Source: Chiloscyllium plagiosum (lineage: Eukaryota). From it: DNA of 62,052 bases. The stretch is taken from NCBI RefSeq assembly GCF_004010195.1, contig NC_057728.1:51134322-51196373 (forward strand), written 5' to 3'. The number at the start of each line of letters is the position of its first letter. The stretch's first letter is position 1. The notes beneath the pieces are model-generated. The model had not been told where the DNA came from. It did no database searches and was given only the letters and a program-made list of their open reading frames with translations. The translations under genes were made by a program, and so were the position numbers. Below, one piece after another: positions 25,582 to 37,876 of the stretch.

Positions 25582-26000
25582 AGAACTCAGTAACTATTAA
25601 TACAAAGATTGACAGTTTATTACCAGCTTGAAAGTGAATTAAAGCATTTGGCTGGTGTATGTTTGAGCTAATCTGTAAAATGTTACCTTAAAATAGATTT
25701 GTCTTTTAATCTTAAAGTATAATGTTAATTCTATTGATTTTTAAACTCTTCTGGCCAGTTCCACAAACCAATCAGCTGATTCTGTGAGCTCACCCGTCAA
25801 ATTGTTGTTAATTTCAGAACCTGTTGATTATAACTGCAGATAACTTTCCATCAACATTTCTGACATTAGAAAACTCTGAGACTTCCCACCATTTCCCCAA
25901 GATTTATTTCCTATTTTAGCCTGAGTGTTTAACATAAATATACTTTCTGATGCAGGAAATATTTGACCGATTCCTCTAAGGTTCTCTCCTTCAATGCAAA

Positions 26001-27125
26001 CCTGACAGTGAGGCACTTGCTCAGTACTGACCCTCTGACAGTGCAGTACTCCCTCAGTACTGACCCTCTGACAGTGCAGATCTCTCTGTACTGACCCTCA
26101 GTACAGCTGTCTCCTAGCACTGACCCTCCAGTAATGCAGCGCTCCCTCAGTACTGACCCTGTGACAGTGCGGCATTCCGTCAGCACTGACCCTCTGACAG
26201 TGCAGAACTCTCTCAGCACTGACCCTCTGACAGTGCAGAACTCTCTCAGTACTGACCCTCTGACAGTGCGGTACTCCCTCAGCACATACCCTCCGACAGT
26301 GTAGCACTCCCTCTGTACTGACCCTCTGACAGTGCAGTACTCCCTCAGTACTGACCCTCTGACAGTGCAGAACTCTCTCAGTACTGACCCTCACCACAGC
26401 TGTCTCCTAGCACTGACCCTCCAGTAATGCAGCGCTCCCTCATACTGACCCTCTGACAGTGCGGCACTCCCTCAGTACTGACCTTCCGACACTGCGGCAC
26501 TCCCTCAGCACTGACCCTCTGACAGTGCGTTTCTCCCTCAGTACTGACCCTATGACAGTGCGGCACTCCCTCAGCACTGACCCTTTGACAGTGCGGCACT
26601 TCCTCAGCACTGACCCTCTGACAGTGCGGCACTCTCTCAGTATTGACCCTCTGACAGTGCGGCACTCCCTAAGCACTGACCCTCTGACAGTGTGGCTCTC
26701 CCTCAGCACTGACCCTCTCATAGTGCGGCACTCTCTCAGTACTGACCCTCTGACAGTGCGGCACTCCCTAAGCACTGACCCTCTGACAGTGCGGCTCTCC
26801 CTCAGCACTGACCCTCTGACAGTGCGGCACTCTCTCAGTATTGACCCTCTGACAGTGTGGCACTCCCTCAGCACTGACCCTCTGACAGTGCGGCACTCCC
26901 TAAGCACTGACCCTCTGACAGTGCGGCGCTCCCTCAGCACTGACCCTATGACCGCGCGGCACTCCCTCAGCACTGACCCTCTGACAGCGCGGCACTCCCT
27001 CAGCACTGACCCTCTGACAGTGCGGCACTCCCTCAGCACTGACCCTCTGACAGTGCGGCACTCCCTCAGCACTGACCCTCTGACAGTGCGGCTCTCCCTC
27101 AGCACTGACCCTCCGACAGTGTGGC
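26001..27125. repeat. 33-bp minisatellite array 1 (cagtactgaccctctgacagtgcggcactccct)
   Basis: About 34 tandem units; translates as (STDPLTVRHSL)n. Confidence 0.95.
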
Positions 27126-28926
27126 CTTGATCTGTCTGAGCAGCTGGACTGGATGAATCCTGCTCCTCTTTGTTGTGGTCTGGTTGCTGTCTTTGAATCG
27201 TATGTCACCTACATTATGCAAGAGTTTGCGTCACTGGTGAATTGAAGGAATCTGATGGATATCCTCAACGTGTTGGTGTATCAGAATGCCTGCTGAATGT
27301 TTTTTCTCCATCCTCCCCTCTTATTACAAATGAGTATCCAACAGTTGTGCTCCCGTTATAAGTGAAATAGTTCAATGTGAAGGGCATTATGAAGCATGAT
27401 CCTTTCTCAGACCTCCCTGGGATATCTGCATTGCCTTGGCTGGTTGTTTATAGCAAGTTGTCACCTTTTGCAACATTATGAACGTTGTAACACAGGGTGG
27501 CATGTTCCTGAGGTTTTTGGCCTTGGCCAATCAATGTTGACTTGTCAACCCAACAGCATCCTTTCTTCTGCTGTAATGGATTTAAATTTGATATTCTTGC
27601 ATTTGTCCTGAGGGATACGGCTGAGAAACTTTAACAATTGGTCTCTCTGTTCGGCAATATTCAAGCTCTTGACTAATGAACAATGCTATTAATTGTTGTG
27701 TTTCTGGTTAGGAAGAGTCACTGCATGTTGCAAAGGGGAGAAGGGCTTTGATAATGAAAGGGATTTAGGATTGTTCATGTTTGGAAATAGGTGCAGGCAG
27801 TAATTTTACGGGCAGCTGTATCATTAAAAAAAACCCTAATCTTATTCTAATGAAGTCCTGGTTCAGTTGGGGCTATTCTCCTTGGAGAGAAAAGGAGAAC
27901 TTATTAAGGTTTTCAAAATCATGAGCAACGTGGCTAAAGTAGATCGGCAGAATCGGTTCCTGCTTGTAAAAAGGTCAAGAGCTCGAGGACACTGATAGAA
28001 AACAATTTGCAACATGTGAGGTGAGGGGGAGGGCGAAAACCCTTTGCACTCTGAGTTAGGTACGCACTGTCTGAAAGTGTGTTGGAGGTAGGTTCAGTTG
28101 AGACATACTTTGTTGCTATCCAAATAATCCAATTGTTCCAAAAATGTGCAAGGGTATGGGGGAGAGAGTGAGAGGTTTTCTCCTGGTAAAGCTCATCTGA
28201 AGAGCTGGAGGAGCCCTGATAGGCTGAATGGTCTACTGCACCACAACAATTCTGCGAATTAAACAGTGGCGTGCACAAATGAACAAGCTTATTCCAAACT
28301 TTGTTCCCTCTCCAATTTAAATCACCAATACCACACTCAGCATCTAGCTAGTTTTGGTCAGACAGGTTAGAAAAGCAACGGCCTTGAGTCATTGGATTTT
28401 GTTTTGTGTGGGGGGAGGGGACATGTACCTGTACAGATTCTCCCCCCCAACCCAACCCTCTCGCCTTTTTACTTGCAGTTCCAGGTTCAGACCATTAACA
28501 GAGGTGGGGAGTAGAGCTGACTATAGTGGCTGAGGATTGCACATACCCCCTTCCTCCAAACTACCAAAAACCTGCGATAGAACCGGCAACATCCCTGGGA
28601 AGATGTGAGTGGGCGGTGGGGGTTGGTGTATGCTGAGCACTGCAGCTCTGCAAGATGCCAATTCCACGTCCACAGCAGCTCCAGCCTCTCCTGGTTTAGT
28701 CTGACTCTGTGACTGACCAAGGGCAGCTTTTGGCAACTGGTCCTGTGACAAGTCAATGAACACCTGATGCATTCTGGTCCCTCAAGTGAGCAGTGAACAT
28801 GAGAAGACAAGGCGTCCAGGGAAGTGGGGTGGGTGGGAGGTGGGAAGAGAAGGTGTTGGTAAAAGAAAATTACTTCCTGAAAATATGAAAGAATAACATG
28901 AGGAAATGTTTCTTGTTTGATTCTGT

Positions 28927-29354
28927 TTATGGGAGGGCAGATAAAGCAATGAGTAACTGTCCCAAGTAATAAGGGTATCTGTCAATCACTTCAATTTGAT
29001 TGAAAGGGAACTGGAATATGTGTTTGGAAAGTACTGTTTCGGACACCACAAGTACCACAGACCCGACAACAGCAGCCAAGCAGTTGTATTTCCGGGTCTT
29101 TCTATACCAAGCCATTGCCCTCCAAGTCATGAGGAGTGCTGTGGTGATGTAGATAATCGCGGCAGGACCCCGTAGCCCACGCAGTTTGGGAGTCATGAAA
29201 TGATAAATCACAATCACTATGAAGCAAGCCAAACACGCCAGCAGGAAATTGTCGTTCTTGAGTTTGAAGGCCAAAGCGTAAAAGCAGTAGGCGATGCTGA
29301 AACAGATGATCCCAATTATGACATATTGATGTTTGAAAAGAAGGCACAGGTCAC
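28927..29354 (-). CDS. TMEM86/YhhN-family (lysoplasmalogenase-like) gene, last exon
   Basis: Minus-strand acceptor ttttttaaccttgcag|GTGAC; 428 nt completing a phase-1 Gly codon. Encodes GDLCLLF...FYALAF...LMTWRAMA...GSVVLVVSETVL...FPF...YYLGQLLIALSALP*, which aligns with the TMEM86A motifs GD, YASAF, MGWRAMA, SD and YYVAQMLVALSA. Confidence 0.9.
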
Positions 29355-29584
29355 CTGCAAGGTTAAAAAAAAAACAAGGATTTGTAACTACATTCTGTTA
29401 TTTTCAGGGACTCTGAAATATCTCAGAAGTCCTTCACACCCACCAGGAAATTTCCACACTGCAAGCTCCCACAAACACCAATGTGATAACATTTCATCAT
29501 CATTTGGGCAACTGATTGAGGGATGTCTGCTGAGCTGGGCATTGGGGAATAGCTCCTTTGTGGAAACTTTCACATCCATCTGAA

Positions 29585-31690
29585 CAGAGTCATAGAGATG
29601 TACAGCATGGAAACAGACCCTTCGGTCTAACTGGTCCATGCCGACCAGATATCCCAACCCAATCTAGTCCCACTGGTCTGCTAAACGCTTCCTATTCATA
29701 AACATCTAGATGCATTTTAAATACTGCAATTGTACCAGCTTCCATCACTTCCTCTGGCAGCTCATTCCATTCACTCATCGCTCGCTGCCTGAATAAGTTG
29801 TCCCTTAGGTCCCTTTTAAATCTTTCCCCTCCTACCTTAAACTTATGCCCTTTAGTTCTGAACTCCCCCACCCAGGGAAAAGACCTTGTCTATTTACCCT
29901 ATCTATGTCCCTCATGATTTTTATAAACCTCAATAAGGTCACCCCTCAGCCTCCGACGTTCCAGGGAAAACAGCCCCAGCCTGTTCAGCCTCTCCCTGTA
30001 GCTCAAATCCTCCAATCCTGGTATCGTCCTTGTAAATCATTTCTGAACCCTTTCAAGTTTCACAACATCTTTCCGAAAGGATGGAGACCAGAATTGCACG
30101 AATACAGGGGAACCTCAATTATCTGAATGTAAAGGGCAGGCACTATTTTATTTGGATAATCGATTATTCGGAAAATCGATTAATGCCTTTCCTCTGGGGC
30201 TTGGGGTTTTTTAAAGTCTGCTCCTTGTTCAAGATACTGCAGCGGGACACAGCACGTGAGGCTATACCACCCACTGCCCCCAACCCCATACAACACAACC
30301 CCCACCCCCAACACCCCCCACCTNNNNNNNNNNNNNNNNNNNNNNNNNNNNNNNNNNNNNNNNNNNNNNNNNNNNNNNNNNNNNNNNNNNNNNNNNNNNN
30401 NNNNNNNNNNNNNNNNNNNNNNNNNNNNNNNNNNNNNNNNNNNNNNNNNNNNNNNNNNNNNNNNNNNNNNNNNNNNNNNNNNNNNNNNNNNNNNNNNNNN
30501 NNNNNNNNNNNNNNNNNNNNNNNNNNNNNNNNNNNNNNNNNNNNNNNNNNNNNNNNNNNNNNNNNNNNNNNNNNNNNNNNNNNNNNNNNNNNNNNNNNNN
30601 NNNNNNNNNNNNNNNNNNNNNNNNNNNNNNNNNNNNNNNNNNNNNNNNNNNNNNNNNNNNNNNNNNNNNNNNNNNNNNNNNNNNNNNNNNNNNNNNNNNN
30701 NNNNNNNNNNNNNNNNNNNNNNNNNNNNNNNNNNNNNNNNNNNNNNNNNNNNNNNNNNNNNNNNNNNNNNNNNNNNNNNNNNNNNNNNNNNNNNNNNNNN
30801 NNNNNNNNNNNNNNNNNNNNNNNNNNNNNNNNNNNNNNNNNNNNNNNNNNNNNNNNNNNNNNNNNNNNNNNNNNNNNNNNNNNNNNNNNNNNNNNNNNNN
30901 NNNNNNNNNNNNNNNNNNNNNNNNNNNNNNNNNNNNNNNNNNNNNNNNNNNNNNNNNNNNNNNNNNNNNNNNNNNNNNNNNNNNNNNNNNNNNNNNNNNN
31001 NNNNNNNNNNNNNNNNNNNNNNNNNNNNNNNNNNNNNNNNNNNNNNNNNNNNNNNNNNNNNNNNNNNNNNNNNNNNNNNNNNNNNNNNNNNNNNNNNNNA
31101 CACACACACACACAGCTACACACACACACACACACACACACAGACAGACACACACATACGCAGCCACACACACAACTTTTTACTGCAACTTTTTGCCAGG
31201 TTCTACCTTTGCCCTGTGCGCGACAATGTTGGAGAGATTATCCGGGGAACTCCAGGGAAAGTGTGGGGACAGAGAGAGGGCGGGCAGTCAGTCATTTGGA
31301 GACGGTGTCTGTTTAATCACTATAAACAAAAGACGCGATTACTGTTGGAAACCAGTTTTTGATGTAATGTTTCCATCAGAACCTCGAGATCTCCTTCAGA
31401 TAATCCGATTTTCGGATAATTGGTATGCGGATAATCAAGATTCCTCTGTACTCCAAAGTGGCCTAACATGACCTCCCAAATCCTACACTCAATACACTGA
31501 CCAATAAAGGAAAGCATACCAAACACCGCCTTCACTATCCTATCTACCTGCAATTCTACTTTCAAGGAACAATGAACCTGCACTCCAAGGTCTCTGTTCA
31601 CCAACACTCCCCAGGACCTTACCATCAAGTGTATAAGTCCTGCTCTGATTTGCTTTTCCAAAATGCAGCACCTCACATTTATCTAAATGC
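29585..31690 (-). mobile_element. CR1 LINE fragment interrupted by a DNA transposon
   Basis: CR1 sequence at 29585-30104 and 31449-31690 is contiguous across the insertion (ccagaattgcacgaaTA | TActccaaagtggcctaac). Confidence 0.8.
30105..31448. mobile_element. Tc1/mariner-superfamily (Tigger/pogo-like) non-autonomous element spanning an assembly gap
   Basis: TA TSD at 30103-30104 and 31449-31450. TIRs are caggggaacctcaattatctg and, reverse-complemented, cagaggaatcttgattatccg; subterminal ggataatc repeats. Confidence 0.75.
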
Positions 31691-32387
31691 ATGGGCAGGA
31701 TCTCCATTTATTATCTCATTAGAAAAGGATTCCACAAACAGTGCAGCATTCCTTCAGCACAGCGTGAGGTTTATGCTGCTAGCTCTGGAGTGGGACTTAA
31801 GGTCCTATGTTTGTGAGTCAAGGATAACACTGTGACCAGCTGAGCCACAACAGAATTACCATCAAGCATTGCAACACCATTCAGTCACTCAAAATGGCTC
31901 ATTTGATTTGACCCTGTTATAGAAAGACTTGCAATTATGTAGCCCCTGTCACCAAGACATTCCAAAGTGCTTTACAATCAAGGAAGGCCGTTGCTGTGGA
32001 GTCACTGTTGTGAATGTGGAAGGAGCATCAGTGAGTTTGTGTGCAGCAAGCTCCCAGAGTTGGGTACCTTGGACTATGATTACAATATGCAACCAGTCAC
32101 CCAGAAGCTTATAGTATAGGTCCAGAAATCAGAGTTTGAAGTCTCAACACCAGCTAGGGAGCTAGTAATGAATTAAATACATCTGGACCAATAAACTAAT
32201 GGTAAGTGTAGAACTCATCTTCACCCTTTAGGGAGAGAAATCTGTCATTCTTTCTTAAGCAATGTAATTGTCATAGCAATGTAATTGACTTTTAATCACC
32301 AGCCCAGCCAAGATGCTCAGTTGCGTGGGGATAGATATTAAATGTTGATTGTATCCCTCTGAGATTGTAATGGTCTCTCAGTCCTCT

Positions 32388-32702
32388 TAGATTAGATTAC
32401 TTGCAGTGTGGAAACAGGCCCTTCGGCCCAACAAGTCCACACTGACCCGCCGAAGCGTAACCCACCCATTCTCCCACATTTATCCCTTCACCTAACACTA
32501 CGGGCAATTTAGCGTGGCCAATTCACCTAATCTGCACATTTTTTTTTGGATGGTGGGAGGAAACCAGAGCACCCGGAGGGTGCCCACGCAGACACGGGGA
32601 GAACGTGCAAACTCCACACAGAGAGTCGCCTGAGGCTGGAATTGAACCCAGGTCTCTAGCGCTGCGAGGCAGCAGTGCTAACCACTGTGCCACTGTGCCG
32701 CA
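32388..32702 (-). mobile_element. HE1-type SINE
   Basis: Reverse-complement HE1 with an (attag)n tail. Confidence 0.88.
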
Positions 32703-32897
32703 CTTTATTCTTTGTTATTAATTCACAGATGTGGGCATTACTGGCTAGGCCAGCATTTGTTCATCCTTTAGTACTTCCCCACTGAGAGTATAGTGCTTTC
32801 TCAGTATCTAACTTCAAATTGTTTAGCACTGTTCATTCCTCACTCTCTGACAATAAAGGGTTTCCTCAGTTGTGATACTCCAACGATTTGCAGATTC

Positions 32898-33715
32898 CTC
32901 AGTACTGACCCTTCAACACTGCAGCATTCCCCCGTCCTAGCTTCTGACTGTCTGATGCTCCCTCAGCACTGACCCTCTATCAATTCAGCACTCCCTCAGT
33001 ACTGACTCTCTGTCAATGCAGCACTCCCTCAGTACTGACTCTCTATCAGTGCAGCATTCCCTCAGTACTGACCCTCCAACAGTGCAGCACTCCCTCAGTA
33101 CTGATTCTCTATCAGTGCGGTGCTCCCTCAGCACTAACCCTCCAACAATGCAGCATTCCCTCAGTACTGACCCTCCAACAGTGCAGCACTCCCTCAGTTC
33201 TGACTCTCTATCAGTGCGGTGCTCCCTCAGCACTGACCCTCCAACAGTGCGGCACTCCCTCAGTACTGATCCTCCAACAGTGTGGCACTTCCTCAGTACT
33301 GATCCTCCAACAGAGCGGAACTCCCTCAGTACTGACCCTCCAACAGTGCGGCACTCCCTCAGTACTGACCCTCCAACAGTGCGGCACTCCCTCAGTACTG
33401 ACCCTCCAACAATATGGTACTCCCTCAGTACTGACCCTCCAACAGTGAGGCACTCCCTCCGTACTGACCCTCCAACAGTGCGGCACTCCCTCAGTACTGA
33501 CCCTCCAACAGTGCGGCACATCCTCAGTACTGACCCTCCAACAGTGTGGCACTCCCTCAGTACTGACCCTCCAACAGTGCGGCCCTCCCTCAGTACTGAC
33601 CCTCCAACAGTGCAGCACTTCCTCAGTACTGACCCTCTGACAGTTCAGCGCTTTTTCAGTACTGACCCTCCGACAATGCAGCACTTGCTCAGCACTGACC
33701 CTTCAGCAGCACAAC
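32898..33715. repeat. 33-bp minisatellite array 2 (cagtactgaccctccaacagtgcggcactccct)
   Basis: About 24 units; translates as (STDPPTVRHSL)n; lies in intron 2 of the TMEM86-like gene. Confidence 0.95.
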
Positions 33716-34609
33716 ATTAGAAATATCAGCCTGGATTCTGTGCACAATTTCTGTGCACCACCCCACTGGAGGTTGAATCCTCTGATCTGAGCTCTAATTA
33801 TTTTGGCAAATCAAAAAATGATCAGTTCATGTTTGAGTCATTACTCAAAGTCTTTTCAGTTAAAATTGGAACAATAATGGGATTTGTTCCTATTACAGGC
33901 AAACCAGATAACAAAACCTTTGGGTAATTGAGTGGGCTTGATGGAATCTCATGATACAGCGGAATGAACAGTGAAAATGTATTGGGCATTAAATTTCCTA
34001 AGATCTGCGACTTTGACGGAAGATTTAAATCTTGGAAACACAGACACTATCAATGACACTTTTAAATACAAAGATACTGCAATCAAATCAGATCAGCTCC
34101 CTTCTGCCAAAATGCTGTCATAGGTACAATAGGCAAAATGGCCTTCTTTGTAGCTACCTTGCTCCCCTTGTGAAAATATTGGTGAGTCTCTAAAGCCAAA
34201 CCTTCAGCGTATGGTTCAGTGAGGGAAACACATGAGATTTTGGGATGTAGGACGGGAGAGATGGAGGCTTGTTCGTAGGAGAGGGTAATGAACCTGTAGA
34301 CGGGTAATGTCTCCAGGGTCTTGCCAGATCACAGGGCTGCTCACTTATAAGAGAGAGAAAACTAGTGATGGTTTAAGGTGAGGGTCAGCATGCCTCAGGA
34401 TAGAGGGTAAGGAGAATCCTGCAGGAATCGAACTCACGTTGTTCATGTGCATTACAAGCCAGGTGTCCAGCCCAAACCAACCCCCAATTAACCTGTACTC
34501 TCACACCTTGATACTTGGTAATAGAGTCTCCAGGCCCGTGATCTGTGTTTGCCTCTTGAGCTGTAACTAGAGCGTTCATTACCAGCTGCCACCATGTGGC
34601 GTGTCTCAC

Positions 34610-34799
34610 CTGCAGCCGAGAAGCTGAGCCCTGCAGACAGGAGGAGGGAGAATTCGTTTCCACGGTGTCTCTCCTGCACTGCAGCTATGAGAACGATAAT
34701 CGGCAAAACTCGGAGCAATGCCCTCGTTGGATTCGGACGTGTTTCTGGTAACCCAAACTCGAACCGCAGCAGCAGAGCCAGAGCAAAGGGAATCACAAA
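34610..34799 (-). CDS. TMEM86-like gene, exon 2
   Basis: gacttcag|TTT...GCAG|gtgaga; 190 nt; FVIPFALALLLRFEFGLPETRPNPTRALLRVLPIIVLIAAVQERHRGNEFSLLLSAGLSFSAA(G). Joins in frame to the last exon to give FSAAGD (TMEM86A FSAVGD). Confidence 0.88.
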
Positions 34800-35429
34800 C
34801 TGAAGTCAAAGAGGAGACCATTCAGTCCACAACTCAACATATCGAACACCACCGGCTCATATCAGCATTTGACTTGGTGCTTTGGGTGTATGTATCTAGA
34901 GTTTGCATTCAAGATTTGAACAGAGACAGACTTTAACCTCACACCTTTAATGCATTGCCTGAGCTGAGATGGCATCTTTTGATGGAAAACCTGAAGTTAT
35001 CTTGAGAATGTCACTGAAAAGAAATTCTGGGGTTTGAAATGAGCAAACCCATTCTAAAAGATGACTTAATCTCGGTTTATCATTTCAGTTGCATGACATT
35101 ATAGTCTTTTGCTATAAATTCTGTCTCTTATGGTCCTGCTTCACAAACACCTGAAGTAGCAGTCCTCCGAAAGCTAGTGCTTCCAAATAAGCCTGTTGGA
35201 CTATAACCTGGGGTTGTGTGATTTTTAACTTTGTCCACCCCAGTCCAACACTGGTTTCTTCAAATTATGACTCTGCACACAAGTTCAGTTCCCAGTGCCA
35301 ACTACTCAGACGTTTCCAGGAAACGGGTGAATGAAAGTCATTAGGACAGCCTGACAAAAAAAACAGGGACTGCTTGTACCAGCCTGAGGGGAGGTTCAAT
35401 AAGGGTTTCTATATTAACTATATTATGCT

Positions 35430-36720
35430 GACTGGCATAACATACAGAGTGGGGATAAAAGCATCTTTTCAGAATGGCAGTGGATGTCCACAACTACTCA
35501 CATTATACATTAAGAATCTGGACAAAGGAACATTGTTCATAAGCTTGCAGGTGACACAAAGATAGGTGGAGGGACAAGTAGTGCTGAGGAAGTGGGGAAG
35601 CTGCAGAAGGATTTGGGCAAGGTAGGTGAGTAGGCAAAGAAATGGGAGATGGAATACAATGGAGGGGTCTTGTGCAGTTATGCACTTTGTTAGGGAGAAT
35701 AGAGGCATAGAATATTTTCTTCAGAGAAAAGGCTTTGGAAATGTGAAGTGCAAAGGCACTTAGGAGTCCTAGTTCAGGATTCTCTTAAGGTTAACATGCA
35801 GTGTTAGCATTCATTTCAAAGGGGCTAGAATATAAGAGTGGAGATATACTGCTGAGGCTCTATAAGTCTCTGGTCAGACTGTATTTGGAATATTGTGAGC
35901 AGTTTTGGGCCCTGTATCTAAGGAAGGATGTGCTGCCAATGGAGGAGTTCCAAAGGAGGTTTACAGGGGTGATTCCAAGGATGAAGGGTTTGTCAGATGG
36001 GGAGCAGTTGAGGACTTTGGTTCTGTACTCACTAGAGTGTAGAAGGATGAGGGGAGATCTGACTGCAGCATACAAAGAGCATTGGACATACAGGAGATGT
36101 TTCCATTAGTAGGAGAGACTAGGATCCATGGGTACAGCCTCAGGTTGAAGGGACAACCCTTTAAAACTGAGATGAAGAGGAATGTCTTCAGCAGATGGTG
36201 GTTAGTCTATGGAACTTATTGCTGCAGAGGACTGTCGTGGCTAAGTTATTGAGTGTATTTAAGAGGCTGTTGATTGGTAAGGGGATCAAGGGTTTGGATT
36301 AGATTTCCTACACTGTGGAAAAAGGCCCTTCAGCCCAACAAGTCCACACCGACCCTCCGAAAAGCAACCCACCCAGACCCATTCCCCTACATTTACCCCT
36401 GACTAATGCACCTAACATTATGGGCAATTTAGCATGGGCAATTTAGCATGGCCAATTTACCTGACCTGCACATCTTTGAAGTGTGGGAGGAAACCCACGC
36501 AGACACGGGGAGAATGTGCAAACTCCACACAGACAGTCACCCGAGGCTGGAATTGAACCTGGGACCCTGCTCCTGTGAGGCAGCAGTGCTAACCACTGAG
36601 CCACCGTGGATTATTGGGAGAAGGCGGGAGAATGGAGTTGAGAAACATATCAGTCATGATCAAATGGCAGAGCAGACTTGATGGGCTAATTCTGCTTCCA
36701 TGTCTTATGGCATTATGATT
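35430..36720 (+). mobile_element. CR1 LINE fragment with a nested minus-strand HE1 SINE (36297-36608)
   Basis: LAFISKGLEYKS...LYKSLVRLYLEYCEQFW; the CR1 3' tail resumes after the SINE. Confidence 0.82.
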
Positions 36721-37039
36721 ATCTATACGTTAGCCTATGCAACCAACACCACAATTTGGGTTCATGTTGAGTAGGGTAGAAGTTTATTAACAACTGACTT
36801 TGGATGCTAATATCACACTCACATATACAGCCTAGCTTATAGGCATTTTTAATCAATATGTTCAGAGATGTTATGGTGCACTGCTAGAATCAGTAGGACT
36901 TGATCCCATTTCAAAGGTCACACTACCACTGCATCACAAGAGCCTCTTTAATCTGCTATATGGACTTGGATTATTATGTCACCTGAATGACTGAAAGTAA
37001 GATAGAGTCTCCATAGTAGAGTGTCACATGTAATGATGC

Positions 37040-37255
37040 TGGATCAGTGGTGCTGGAAGAGCACAGCAATTCAGGCAGCATCCGACGAGCACCAAATGGA
37101 CGTTTCGGGCAAAAGCCCTTTATCAGGAATAAAGGCAGAGAGCCTGAAGCGTGGAGAGATAAGCTAGAGGAGGGTGGGGAGTTGCAGTGGGAGAGGGACT
37201 CCCTGAGATTCTTGTAGAGAGAGGAGGAAAACTTCTTCAAGGCAGGCATCCTTGT
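37040..37255 (-). mobile_element. Penelope-derived pLTR fragment with a hammerhead-like motif
   Basis: Minus strand cCTGATAAagggcttttgcccGAAACgtcc; same family as 10434-10946. Confidence 0.7.
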
Positions 37256-37361
37256 AATGATGCCACCTAGCTGACTGTAAAGTGTTTTATTGACATCTGT
37301 GCAATTACGCAACAAAAAGACGTGGCTGAGGAATTGATTTTGAGTTATTCTCCCAATAATC

Positions 37362-37876
37362 CACGGTGGCTCAGTGGTTAGCACTGCTGCCTCACAGGAG
37401 CAGGGTCCCAGGTTCAATTCCAGCCTCAGGCGACTGTCTGTGTGGAATTTGCACATTCTCCCCGTGTCTGCATGGGGTTCCTCCAGGTGCTCCGGTTTCT
37501 TCCCGCACTTCAAAGATGTGCAGGTCAGGTAAATTGGCCATGCTAAATTGCCCATAATGTTAGGTGCATTAGTTACATTACTTACAGTGTGGAAACAGGC
37601 CCTTAGGTCCAACAAGTCCACACCAACCCTCCGAAGCACAACCCACCTAGTCCCATTCCCCTACATTTACCCCTTGACCTAACACTACAGACAATTTAGC
37701 ATGGCCAATTCACCTAACATGTAAATTTTTTTTGGATTGTGGGAGGAAACTGGAGCACCCGGATGAAATCCACGCAGACACAGGGAGAATGTGCAAACTC
37801 CACACAGGCTGGAATTGAACTCAGGTCTCAGGCGCTGTGAGGTGGCAGGGCTAACCACTGTGCCACCGTGCTGCCC
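37362..37876. mobile_element. Two tail-to-tail HE1 SINEs (+ 37362-37575; - 37577-37876)
   Basis: HE1 sequence in opposite orientations, directly abutting. Confidence 0.85.

Noticed and set aside
26440..27130. 221-223 aa ORFs on both strands, (STDPLTVRHSL)n and (VRGSVLRECRT)n; similar ORFs at 32985-33720
   Set aside because: By-product of a stop-free 33-bp tandem unit; no splice or promoter support and no recognisable domain.
28487..28810. 107-aa minus-strand ORF just downstream of the TMEM86-like stop
   Set aside because: No recognisable homology; most likely 3' UTR.
30081..31362. 300-411 aa ORFs
   Set aside because: Artefacts of translating through the N gap (30324-31099).
26001..33715. 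CRISPR-like appearance of the 33-bp repeats
   Set aside because: Units are head-to-tail with no unique spacers, there are no cas genes, and the context is eukaryotic.
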